Assembly: GCA_013265495.1 (NCBI GenBank)
Contig: MU057377.1
Coordinates: 186,001-250,000 of the forward strand
DNA length: 64,000 nucleotides
DNA from: Vicugna vicugna
Lineage: Eukaryota
Direction: 5' to 3'
Shown here: in pieces, positions 27,530-39,210 of the stretch
How positions within the stretch are numbered: position 1 is the stretch's first letter
How the letters are laid out: each line of letters opens with the position of its first letter
The notes under the pieces: model-generated
Told to the model about the DNA's origin: nothing
Databases searched by the model: none
The model's input: only the letters and a program-made list of their open reading frames with translations
Position numbers and translations under genes: made by a program

Positions 27530-27589
27530 AACCAAGAGATATTTATTGCCAGTGAGCAAGTTCTGAAAGATCAGCCCTCCCTGGCAGCG
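27530..27589 (+). CDS. DENND1B: DENND1B coding exon (~exon 8), NQEIFIASEQVLKDQPSLAA, 60 nt, symmetric phase 0
   Basis: Weak tgtaag acceptor and GCG|gtgagt donor; matches recalled human NQEIFIACEQVLKDQPALVP. Confidence 0.9.
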
Positions 27590-28496
27590 GTGAGTTAAAA
27601 GGGCATTGGCTTCTGAAAATCACTATTAAATTGGGAAAATAATTACTTCTTTCACTACATCTTTACGATTCACTCTAAGATTCAAGTCCTTTGGGAAATG
27701 GGAAATGCCTCTTTTAAGAAAATTAATCATTTGTCTTATGTTCTCTGTTTATACTATCTTTTAAAGCATAGCTTTATGAATGCAGTGCTATTAAAAGCCC
27801 CTCCACATAAAAGCAGCTGACAGAGACTGAATCCCTGCATTTCCTCACGGTCACTGGCGTTGGCGTCAGGGTGCGCCCACCGCGTGGGGTTTCTGCCATG
27901 GTTTCTGTCACAGGGCTTCTCTCATACTGTTCTCCTCTGGAAAATTACACACTAGGACTGTGTTAACTAACCTTATTCTGACTAGTTCAACCTTGCTCAG
28001 TATTGCCTAGAATGCTTTTTCCCCCCAGTCTTTAATTATAAGACAATATTAAATATATCCTTATGTAAGATAGTAAAATAATTTTGGAGATTAATGTGAA
28101 TAGAAAATAAAATAATTTTGGTGATTGAGTTGTACTCTTATTCTGTGGGGTAAAGTCTGGGGACATTATGTGAAACAAAGGCGTGAATGATGTGCTTTTT
28201 ATATAAATATGTCTATGAACTGTTGTGTTGCTTTGAATATTGTAGAAGCCAATTAATGTTTGTTCAGTAGGTGTATGAAAGTCATATTTTGGGATGAGTA
28301 ATTACATTTCATGAAGTTTTTTGAATATTTAAAATTATTTTTTATTGCTGCTTTCTAAATAATACAGTGTCTGACAAGTACAAGAGAAATTTGTGGCGAT
28401 TTGCCAGAAAGACCCAGAAATCTTAATCAGTTTTGATATATTCTTGGCTAAACAAGTCTTATTTTTCCAGCCTCCCTAAAGTAGCAGTATTAAAAT

Positions 28497-28520
28497 TATC
28501 TATCTATCTATCTATCTATC
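28497..28520. repeat. (TATC)6 microsatellite
   Basis: Read directly from the sequence. Confidence 0.95.
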
Positions 28521-28813
28521 TAACTTTCAGTAATATACCTTGTCTTAATAAACTTTTCCCAGGATTCTTACTTCAATTTTAAAATGAAATATTTTAAACT
28601 AACTCTTAACTCTTTGTATGAGAAAATTATTGTTAAATCTCATACAAATCTGCTATCTCATTTTAAGAATCTCTCAAATTCAACAAATCTTGTCAGTCCT
28701 TGGTATTTATTAACTTAAGTGATGTATTTAAAATTTTTTATCTCAAATTATATGTAATGCTACCAGATTTTAATTCTTCTTTTCTTACGTGATTTATTTC
28801 TGTTGATCGGCAG

Positions 28814-28864
28814 CCCTACTTCATTGCCCCTGATAGAACTGGACTCCCAACGATACCCGAGAGT
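28814..28864 (+). CDS. DENND1B: DENND1B coding exon (~exon 9), PYFIAPDRTGLPTIPES, 51 nt
   Basis: The only in-frame AG near the start is in tgatcggcag; donor AGT|gtaagt. Matches recalled HSYFIAPDVTGLPTIPES minus the first residue. Confidence 0.9.
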
Positions 28865-31310
28865 GTAAGTTTTCGATGTTTTTTATTCTACTGATTTTTT
28901 GAGTTTTATTTATCTTGATCTAAGGATTTCTTTATGGAGAAGTAGAATATGTTGTAACTATCTCTGTTTGTTGAGAAATAGTGAAAAAATAAGGAATAGT
29001 GTGTCATCTCTTTTCTTATGTGTCTGCTACTTTACTTCCTTCTTAATATCTGGTTGTTGATAAGGAAAATTATATGAGAAAAACTATTTTTACCATTGGA
29101 GATAGTTCAGCAGAGTTGTAGGTATTCAGTTAGGTCCCAAGCTGCCCAGATCAGGTAGACGAGATGTCTCAGGGGATGGCTGCTGGTGGGGTGTGAATGC
29201 AGTGGGAAATGTTTTCACACAGTTACTCTAGGGAACTGACCGTAGTGTTTTAGATTTCTTGTATCTCTCTTGAGATCTCAGATGTCCTGAACCTGTGGAT
29301 TTCCTGATTTTAAGTAACACATGTTTTATAAGGTGTGGGTACTGCAAGAGATTATAAAATTGCTACGTTTGCATTTTATTTAGAGTCCTGATTGTGGCTT
29401 TACTGGAAGTATTTTCAGTAAGAAAATTAATAACAATAACAGTAACAAATTAATATTCTATAGAAAAGCTTACGTGGGTATGTGAAATTGACAAATATGC
29501 TTTTGGATGCTGTGTGAAAAGGAAGTACTCCCTTTCGTAATATTTTTCTGCTTCTCTTGGAAAGATAAAATGAATCAGTAGAAATAATTCAATCAAAAGT
29601 GAAGGAAACATCCACAGGAGAAAAATGCTTGAGAAATATTTATTATTTCCCTCAGAACTCTACTGTTCTTCCACAAATGCTTTTAAAACTACTGGCTGTT
29701 TGGTTTCCAGAAGCACGTGGGTTATGAGTGGATGAGGTCCTAGAAGGCAGTTGTAAATTTCCTAATGTCAAACCCAGACTGGCAGTGGTCATTTTAGTAC
29801 AGTCTGTCCAGATAACTCATTTGAATTAGACGACATTAAGCGGTTCCTAACATGGGCCTGCAATAGACCATCAAAACGCGCAGGTCCTCTGTGCCGTCTG
29901 CGGGCCCGTGCCCTGTTAGGCCTCCTGGGGGCTGACTGACTGAGATCTGACTTACACCACCCTGTCCCTCCATCCACTTCAGGGCTGTTAATACAAGTCA
30001 GAGTCACTCCCTTCTGCTGTCTCTGCTATTGGCCTTTCTTAAATTTAGTAATAAACAGCTAAGAGCTTGATTTAACAAACCTCACAATTTTTAAGGCCTA
30101 TGACTTTGATAGTTTTAAAGAACCATTCTAAGGAAAAACTGCCACTGAGAATACACATTTTTACATCTCCATTAAGATATTTTAATTCTAAAAAGTTCTG
30201 TTTAGGAAAGAGGAGAAAAAAAAAAACAAGGACCTATACATGAGGCAGCGTTGTGTGTTGAGAAAGAATTTCCCATTTAGAAATTATCTTTCTTTGAGAT
30301 TATAGGAAAAGCATTAATGCTGAATGCCGTAAACAGAGTTTTGCATTACAGAGGGTTGAAATGGAAGGTGGGAGAGGCTTCGCACAGAGAGAACAGGAAA
30401 CGAACCTCCCCACCAGATTTAGCATCTCTCACCGGTAGTGCCAGGTTCTGTTTATACACCCTGCTGTGACTGCGTTTTTTTCTGGTAGAGTTTCCACCTT
30501 ACAGAAATCGAAGAAACAATTGGATTTCTGATTTTCTTACCCAACTGGACGTTTTTGCCTTCTGCACCACAGTCCACCCGACACTACAGACTCAGTTTGT
30601 CACGTGTGTCTCTCTGTCACTTCGTTGCTTTCTGATGTGCTTAAGTTGAGCACAGAAGCTCACAAATAAGTAAGAAGGAGAGGATCTAGACGTGGACGTT
30701 GATGTGCTCACCCCAAGTTTGTCCTTATGTGAGGGAAATAATTTAAAGTGTTAAAGCAAGAAATCAAATTAAACTAACACCAGATTTTATTTGGTTATGG
30801 GGGTATAAAGCCAGCCTGACGTGGGGTAGAAGCAAGAGGTTTTCCCTGATAAAGAACCAGAGGCCTGCTTTATGGACCCGTCTCCTCCTGTGGGTGCCTT
30901 GCACGCGGGATGCGCAGTGACTGGCAGACAGAGAGACTCAGGTGTGGCTTCTGGAGCCGCAGCTCTCAGAGTTCAGTGTGTGTGAGAATCACTGTCGTGT
31001 CTGTTTAGAGAACAGGTGTCCGGGACTGTGGTGTGAAGATGACACTGGGAGCCAGGAAGCTGTCTCCTTTTACGGACGCCTGGGGAGGGAGGTGGGAAGA
31101 TGTGATCCTCTGATTCCCCTCACTGAGATCACGCTCCCACGGTCGGTCTGGGTCTCAGTAATAATGGCGGGGGCGGCACTGCCTTCCGAGATGCTGACGA
31201 ACGCCACTTTCAGCACTGACCTCCTTGGGCCTGTAAGATGTTTTGGTAAACGTATAAAGTACTTCCCCTCACAGTCCCCCGAACTGACACGGTGGTTTTT
31301 GCTCGCGCAG

Positions 31311-31421
31311 AGAAACCTGACGGAGTACTTCGTGGCGGTGGACGTGAACAACATGCTGCAGCTGTACGCCAGCATGCTGCACGAGAGGCGCGTCCTGGTC
31401 ACCGCCAGCAAGCTGAGCACC
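31311..31421 (+). CDS. DENND1B: DENND1B coding exon (~exon 10), RNLTEYFVAVDVNNMLQLYASMLHERRVLVTASKLST, 111 nt
   Basis: gctcgcgcag acceptor and ACC|gtacgt donor; cDENN signature LYASMLHERR..SKLS. Confidence 0.96.
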
Positions 31422-32754
31422 GTACGTACTTCACCCCCCGCCCCGCCCCCCCAGAGGACGCGCCCAGCACCGAGTGCAGACCGCGGGCCTCCGTGGGCCG
31501 GGCCTGCTCACTGTGCCCCCACGACAGTGGCTCCGCGCCTTCTGCGTCTGGTCTTGCTCCGGCTCTTCAGGTGCAGAAGTGTGATTTACAAAAGCCCTCG
31601 TAGGTGCATTAAGTCAGGTTAATTATTTTTTCTTATTGGAAGATGAGGGGATTTTTTTCTTTCTAATTCTCGAGTTCATTTTAGTGCCTTGTACCATGTA
31701 AAGAATTCTTAAGAGCTATTATGAGATCTTTATTATTCACTTGTGGCTTTTTCCATTGGAGCTACTTGAAAGAAATCAAGGGGCCGTGATAATGGCTTCT
31801 ATCCCAACCTGGTAATGGGCAGATTCATCTCTGCTGCCAAGTAGTGGTTTGGGAGCAGATTCTATAATAGTTCTGATCTGGAGGAGCTCTTCAGGCTGAT
31901 AATAACTTAAAAGTCAAAATAGCATTTTTTTTTTTAATCACAGGTTTTAAGCGACTCACTAAAATGTTCTTTCGGGAAGTCTTCCTTACTGTGGTAAAGG
32001 CAGGGAGAATAGAAGGAGTTTTCTTGGGTCATAGAAAAATATTCAAAAGCATTTTGCTAGATTTCCTAATTTTTTTCTAATTGAGACTTAAAAATTTTAA
32101 ATCCCTATGTAAATGTAGCTTTGAGTAATGAATGAGATATTTATTAAAAAAACATAATGTTTCATGAACTAGCTTCCTTACAAATTTGGCTAGTTGATAA
32201 ACATAAGATAATATTTTTGTGTTTTGTTCTCCTAGTGTAGAAATAAAAACCGTATTCTGTAAAGTTTTAGTGTTTAGAGTAGAACGAATTTCAGAGTTCC
32301 TCTAGGACACCTGTTTGGCACTTAACAGTGAGAAAGGGGATTTCAGACACAGTGCAGTATTGATATGCTCACTCTTCCAAGAAAATTGAAATTATATTAT
32401 TTTGCATATCGCAAAACACATAATGTACACTTGAAGGAGCTGATGTGGAGAAATGCTGCAGGTCTGTCAGAGGAGAAGGGCCAGCCAGCGGCACAGGTAG
32501 TTGCCTGCGTTTTCTTAAAGCAGTATTAAGAAGCTCAACCTGAGTTGCTTGGTGCTTTTTATATGTTTGCTTTTCTGCTATTTGTCACTTACCATCGAGG
32601 TGAGACTGTTCATGTTCATCCTCCTCTCTCCCTCCTCATTTGTAAGCATGATTTTTTCAGGATTTTAAGGAGTATTTCTATACAGATACTGTCTGAAGGA
32701 TGAAAAAGATTGTGCAGACTGTCTTGGGGGCCTAGGAACTAAATTCCTATCCAG

Positions 32755-33070
32755 ATTAATTCATGTAGCAGAAGTTTATCATGCACTTACTATGGGCTCG
32801 GCACTGAGGGTTCAGTCGTCAGCAAAGCCCAAAAAGCACTCTTAGAGCTTGTATCCAACTAATGCAGCAGATGAAGAAAAGAGTAAATAAATCGGTGTTA
32901 TGCTGAGTACCACAGGACAAGGGAGAAGGCGAGTGTGTGGGAGATAAACGGTGAGGGCCAGGTTTCAGTTTTGTGCAGGGTGGTCAAGGAAGGCCTCTCC
33001 AGGGAGGCAGTGTTTCAGCAGAGGTCTGAAGAGGGGGTGGGAGTGAGCTGTATGAATGAGTGTGTAAGCT
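32755..33070 (-). mobile_element. L2 fragment
   Basis: tttatcatgcacttactatgggctcggcactg and gggtggtcaaggaaggcctctccagggaggcagtgtttcagcagaggtctgaa. Confidence 0.7.
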
Positions 33071-33108
33071 GGTCTGTGTAGGAATGCGTTAGAAATAAAC
33101 CTGATAGA

Positions 33109-33808
33109 AGACAGTATGGAGGTTCCTCAAGAAACTAAAAATAGAACTACCATACGATCCAGTAATGCCACTGCTGGGTATTTATCTGAAGAAAATGAAA
33201 ACACTAATTCAAAAAGATATATGCACCCCTATGTTCACTACTGCATTGTCCACAATAACCAGGATATGGAAGCAGCCTGAGTGTCCATCAATAGAAGAAT
33301 GGATAAAGGCGATGTGAGATATATAATATATATATATGAAATGGGATATTATTCAGCCATAAAAAAGAATGAGATTTTGCCATTTGCAACAACATGGATG
33401 GCCTGGAAGGTATTATGCTTAATGAAATAAGTCAACAGAGACAAATACTTTATAATCTCTGTATGATACTGTGGAATCTAAAAAACAAAATAGAAAAACA
33501 AACAGATTCATAGATACAGAAGACAAACAGGTGATTGCTAGAGGTAAGAGGGGTGGGGGGATGGGCAAAAGAGGTGAGGGGATTAAGAGGTCCAAACTTC
33601 TGTTATAAAATGAGTAAGCCACAGGAATGTAACATACATCATAGGGAATATAGTCAATAATACAATAACTTTGTGTGGTGACAGATGGTGGCTGGACTTA
33701 ATAGTGACAATCATTCTGTAACGTATAAAAATCCCAAATCACTATGTTGTACACCAGAAACGAATGAAATATTTTGGTTGGTTATACTTCAGTTAAAAAA
33801 AGAAAGAA
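33109..33808 (+). mobile_element. L1 3' end (ORF2 C-terminus, 3' UTR, A tail)
   Basis: agtatggaggttcctcaagaaactaaaaatagaactaccatacgatccag..ccatttgcaacaacatggatgg..tatacttcagttaaaaaaa. Confidence 0.93.
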
Positions 33809-34007
33809 ATCTTAGTATATAAATATTTTGTGAAGTTTTTTTCATAAATATTGTGAAGCATTAGTGTTCCTCTGTTGTAATTTATAAACACCTCTTCATG
33901 GCTGGGTAACCTTTCTTCCACTTCGTTTCTTTACATGTAAACTGGGAGCATGGGAGCAATAGTGGTCTTAATCTCATAGAGATGCTTTAAAGATTAAGAA
34001 TATATAT

Positions 34008-34215
34008 GGTAGTCAGTATCTGCAAGTCTTGAACTCACAAGTTATCCCTCCCAAGCCCCCTTCCCCCCGTTAACCGTAAGTTTGTTTTCTGTGAGTCTGT
34101 TTCTGTTTTGTGAATAAGTTCATTTTTTTCTTTTTCTTTCTTTCTTTGCTTCTTTCTTTCTTTCTTTCATTCTTTCTTTTTCTTTCTTTCTTTTATTTCT
34201 TTTCTTTCTTTCTTT

Positions 34216-34278
<63 letters not shown>

Positions 34279-34554
34279 AGATTCCACATATAAGTGGTAT
34301 CATATGGTGTTTTTCTTTCTCTCTCTGGCTTACTTCACTTAGAATTGGGAGTTCAAGATTTGCAGATACTAACTACTATATATAAAATAGATAAACAGCA
34401 GGTTTCTACTGTGTAGCACAGGCAACTATATGCAATATCTTGTAGTAACCTATAATGAAAAAGTATATATGTGTGTACATGTGTGACTGAAACATGATGC
34501 TGTACACCAGAAACTGACACATTGGAAATTGACTAGACTTCAGTAAAAAAGTTA
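34008..34554. mobile_element. 5'-inverted (twin-primed) L1 3' UTR insertion splitting a MIR
   Basis: 34008-34344 is antisense L1 3' UTR and 34345-34554 is sense, ending cttcagtaaaaaa. Flanked by aagaatatatat and aagaatatgtat; MIR-like sequence continues on both sides. Confidence 0.8.
34124..34278. repeat. (TTTC)n imperfect-to-perfect microsatellite inside the inverted L1 part
   Basis: Read directly from the sequence. Confidence 0.95.
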
Positions 34555-37394
34555 AAGAATATGTATATACACACAGGTATATATGAAGTGCTTAGGATTT
34601 TATCCACATAAGAGTAAATGATTTTTAGCTATAATTTTATAATAGACTAGATCTGTAGCTTAGAGTAAAAATGGACATGCCTATCCTTTAACTTTATTTG
34701 AATTAAAAAATAAATTATTTCAATAAAGCCTTGGTACTGCTCAGGGAGTTGTTTCCTATGTTTGAGGTAAACTTAATGCCAGTTGCTTAATGATAGTTCA
34801 TGAAAACTTGATGGTGATGTCACTTCTCAGTTAACAGCTTCATTTTGGCTCACTCTCTGGGGCGGCAAGACTGATAACAGAAACATAATTCAAGTTTGCT
34901 TTCATGAGCTCCTCATCCTTCTTATGTGGGGGAAGCTGCTTTACTTGAATCTATCTCAAAAGATACATGTGTGTACAGGCTGTAAATTCCATGCATAGTA
35001 ACGTTTAAGGTCAAAGACTAGTACCACAACATAAGTTAGAAATAAACTATTTTTAGAAAGAGTTTAGTGAAATCTCTGAAACGTCCAGGGAAAGAAGAGT
35101 TGAAGTATCAGTGAACTGAGGTTTACACTACTATCAATGAAGCTTTTTACATTCTTATTTTATATACTATAAAGACTATAATGTACTTAGTATTAATGCA
35201 AGAAATTGTGTTTTACCCACTTTTTATTTTTCAAATCTATGGCCAAAGTTTTAATTATTGAAAGAAGATGTATAAGTTATCTTCACATTCATAATTTTAT
35301 TATGGTTTTAGGAATTTTGTTTGGGTTTGCTCTTTGACATTGGTAATTTTATTAGAATCGTATTAGTCAACCTTGTTTATAGCCTGCTGGGTCTTAGTGA
35401 TGGCGCACTGGTAGAGTCAGCTAACTTGAGGGTCACTTTCTTTAGATGATGTCTGTAGTTAAAACTATAATTCAAAATTATCTTTATAGAGATGAGCTTT
35501 AAAAAAATTAGTATTCAGATACATTAGCAAAAATAACAAGTATTGTTATATTTTTAAAATTTTAATGGATTTTTCCTCCTTATGTTAAAATGTGGTATTT
35601 TGTTAGGACCCACTGTTACACTTGTATGTGTTTTGAGTTTAATGAATCAGGGCATCATCAGTTTTGTGTTCCTTCTGTTGATGTGTACATCGTCAGGTAC
35701 ACGCGGTAGGGTTCCTGGTGGTCCGGCACAAGGACACTGATTCTGTATGTGCGCAGGCAGGCCCTAGGTGTTCAAGCCCCGAGCGAATCTCAGGTCAACC
35801 AGCAGAACACCATACCAGAGCTTCGTGCATTCAAAGCAAAGGAATAAATCATGATGTTACAAGGGTGTATCAGTTGACTTATTGCTGTTTTGTGACCAGA
35901 GGTAGGGAAGGAGTGCTGTTTAAAGTCATGTCATCCGCTCTCAAAGCAGTCAGGCTTGAAGCCTTGTCATGTGCCTCTGTGATCATCCCTCCCAGACGTC
36001 CTCTAACTAGTCAGCTGGGGCCGTGCGTTTCGTCTCCGACACTGGCCGGCCGGCATCTGACAGGAGCTCCCGTCACCATGCCCGCGATTTGTTAACCAGA
36101 GTGTGTCTCTGTGGCCCGTGGAAGCAGGTACAAGGGATGCTGTTCTCCGGAGCAGACGTCTAAGTGTTGGCTCCCATTTTGAGCACTAATAGTAAATATC
36201 ACCCTCTGAGAGTCTGTGAGCACGTCAGGTACAGAGATCTGGTTGTGTGGTCCATGTTCCTTCTGGAATACTTAGATCAGCAATGTGCACGGAGTGCCGG
36301 AATTGTGTTAAAAAATTGTTACAGTTGCCCCCAAGCATGTATGCATTTCCATCTCTCCTTAATTCCATCCAGGGCACGTGCAAAAGGAAATCTTGTGATC
36401 CCTGGAAAATCAGCTATTAAAATGCAGATTTTATAGGTTTCGTTCGATGGAAGGGGAGTCCAGAGGATTTTAAGCTCTCCATCTGGATTTTGCACAGTCT
36501 TGATTCGTCTCTTACTGGTGCCACCGCATCGGCGTTTGATCTGAAACCTGAAGCCGAGATGAAGGACTGGGCAGTCGGTGAAGAACCGACTCCGCAGGTC
36601 TACTTCCCATCAGGTTACTGAGGTGTATTTCTTCCCCTCACGTTTTGAGAGCTGTGGCAGGGAGGTGCAATTAGACACTGTCGTCAGGATTTCTAGGGAG
36701 AGAGCTGCTAGGGACAGTTTTAGGTTTTTAATTCTTCCCAAAGCCCATGGCAACCAATTACGTCCGCTGAAACTGCGGACAGGGGCTCTGCTCACCGGGG
36801 TCTTATTTGACAGGGACTCCGCCATTGTGAACATTGTGCTTCCATTTGCTGCCAAGTGAGTGTGACTGGGATGTGGGAACAGGACCCTGGAGGTCGTCGG
36901 GGGGCAGTCAGTTGGAGGATGTGTGTGGAGGCAACTTCTAAGGCAGGAAAACTGGAGACGTCTGTTATCGTCCAACTCTTGGAGTGATAAGAACTCTGTT
37001 TTTTCATAGAAATGAGTGCATAAAGGTTAGAACCATGTGCTCTCTCTGTGTGTGTATAATAAATTTGTTTAAATTGTGGGTATCAGAGGGAAAAGTGTTT
37101 AAAATAAAATTTTAACAAATTATGGTATGAAATACGAAGTGTTCATCTGATGTCAAAAATGCCAGGGTAGAAACTTGACTCTTTAACAAGTAAAAATGTG
37201 TCTCTTTGGTTGTCCCTTTGACACTTGTCTATTTAACTATAAACGACAATAGTAATGATGATAGTAAAGGTTTTCCGTAAATTCTGAAGCTTATAGGTTA
37301 GAGGCTGATTTCCGTGTAGGCCTTTGTCTTAAAAAAAAAAAAAAATTTGTGTTCAGCTCCTTTCTACTAGAAAATTTTAATTTTCTAAAAAGTC

Positions 37395-38350
37395 TACGCC
37401 AAAATTGTAGCTCCTCGCGGAGAACGCGGTCGGTGCACGCTGGGCTCTTGGGCTTCGGGGGCGCCTGCCCCGCGGACTCCGGTGAGTCTGCGCAGGCGCT
37501 CGGCCTGACGGCCGCTGCCTCCGTCTGGTCCCGAGGGGAGGCGCACTGCCCCTTCCCGCAGAAGGCGGGGTTCTGGTTCATTCGCTGCCTCGTTCCTCAC
37601 TCACGTGTCTCCCGCCTCTTGCCAGACAGGGCTCTACACGCAGGCAAGACCGGGGCCACAGCCTCTGAGCAGTCCGGGTCCGGCTGGAGAGAGGCTACGT
37701 AATTTGAACAACGGACGTTTAGTGTGAAGAATTTAAAACTGTAGCATGGGGTCGGAGCACAGCGGGTGGGCCAGCGCGGGGCGCCCCGGGGGGCACGGGC
37801 GCCGCACCGCGCACGCGGCACAGCCTCCTCCGCGCGATCCCCTGCCCGCGGGCCCGGGCGGCCCCGGCGTCGGGCTGAGCCGGCGGGCACGGCTGTGGCG
37901 CCCTGGGTCGGGGTGGGGTGGGGTGGGGGGAGCTGCTGGGAAAGCCGCCCGCGGAGGGACACCGACCCCTCGAGCGGGCTGGCCGGGCGCGGTCCCCCCT
38001 CTCGGCTCGCGCGCGCCGCCCCTGTGGCGGCGGCCCCACTGGCGGGACGGCCCCCCCTTCCCCCGCAGTGAGAAGCCCCGAGAGTCAGTGTGTCCGTCTC
38101 CCCAGGTCAGTCACGGCCACATTTGATTTTCCGTTAACCACTGACAACACGCCCGGAGCCTGAAGACGAGGGCGGAGGGAAGGAAAACGGTTGGCGCGGG
38201 GACGCACGAGAGGAGAGTCAGACCCGCGCGGGGCCCGCGGCCCTCGCGTCTGCAGCTGACCGAGACGCCGAGGCCGGTGCTTGGACTTCTTTCTGTCACT
38301 CTCGCTTCCGGGTTCCCCTCCCCGCAGCCGGAACCTCGGCTGTGCGGGTC
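37395..38350. promoter_or_regulatory. Intronic CpG island (intron 10)
   Basis: About 950 bp of very GC- and CpG-dense sequence with a sharp AT-rich left flank. Function not shown. Confidence 0.8.
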
Positions 38351-38369
38351 TCTCAACCTGGTGCAACGA

Positions 38370-39210
38370 TAGGTGCTTTCGTTCCCCAAGGTCTGGATCC
38401 TTAATGGTTGTGCCTTTTTCCTGGAGTGGTGTGTTTTCCCACTAACCTTTACTGCCCGGCCTGGAGCCCAAGAGGCCCCCAGAGAATTCCCTGGCTCCAG
38501 ACACACTTTTCCCTGCCTCCATTTGCCTTTGGTTATTGAGGTCAGTCTTGCCAGCCAGTAGATTGACCCCAGGCTTTAGCCTGCTGCTGGAGTGGCACCA
38601 AGGGCCTCGGAAGGGCCAGGTGGCCCTCGTCTTCCAGGTGAGGGGGACGCACGCCCTGTCGGGCGGTAAGATCTCCAAACCAGAGGGCTCTGAGCTGCCG
38701 GGACTGGACGTGGGACTCCTGCAGGTGGGACGTTAAATGGGAGAACCCTAGGGCCGGGGCCATACCCTCTTCCCTGCGCGCCTGATTTCTGGTCCCTTGT
38801 GTTCTGCCTGTGGGAGAAACAACACTGTAAAGTGGTTTCTGATTCCAAGCATATCCAGCATCATGTAAAGCAGAGCCCCACCCTTTCAGGAGGCTGTTTC
38901 CCACCTGGTGCCATAACTGAATCTTCAGGAAGCTGGTCCACCTCTCCATTAGGCCCATTGCTTCTAGGTTCTGAGCGTAGGTGAGAGCAATTAAGTTCGT
39001 AGACATGAACCCATGCTTGACTTTGCTGTTAAAAGAACACCGTGCTGATGGATGTGTTGTTCCACGGTACTGGTGGGAGGATCGTGGGCAGAGAAGACAG
39101 GTCCTTGCCCAGAATATTTACTCCAGGGAGGATGACCCTCTGGCTCCCCGCAGGAAGAGGCTCAGTGCAGTTGACCTGCCCCGAGGTAGCTTAACTGCCT
39201 GCCCTGGGAG
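38370..39210 (-). mobile_element. ERV-L-class internal fragment: degenerate integrase followed by dUTPase
   Basis: Minus-strand peptides ATSGQVNCTEPLPAGSQRVILPG, EAMGLMERWTSFLKIQLWHQVGNSLLKGWGSALHDAGYAWNQKPLYSVVSPTGRTQGTRNQ and GVNLLAGKTDLNNQ resemble recalled ERV-L ATWWQVDYIGPLP, EAAGLIERWNGLLK..GWG..YALNQRPIYGTVSP and GVTVLAGVIDPDYQ. Frameshifted, with stops. Confidence 0.85.

Noticed and set aside
30942..31622. 226-aa ORF
   Set aside because: Only 31311-31421 is DENND1B exon; the rest is GC-rich intron lacking stops by composition, bounded by clear splice sites.
37291..38506. Many overlapping Arg/Gly/Pro/Ala-rich ORFs on both strands
   Set aside because: Expected artefact of very high GC; no recognisable protein apart from ERV-L remnants at the right end.
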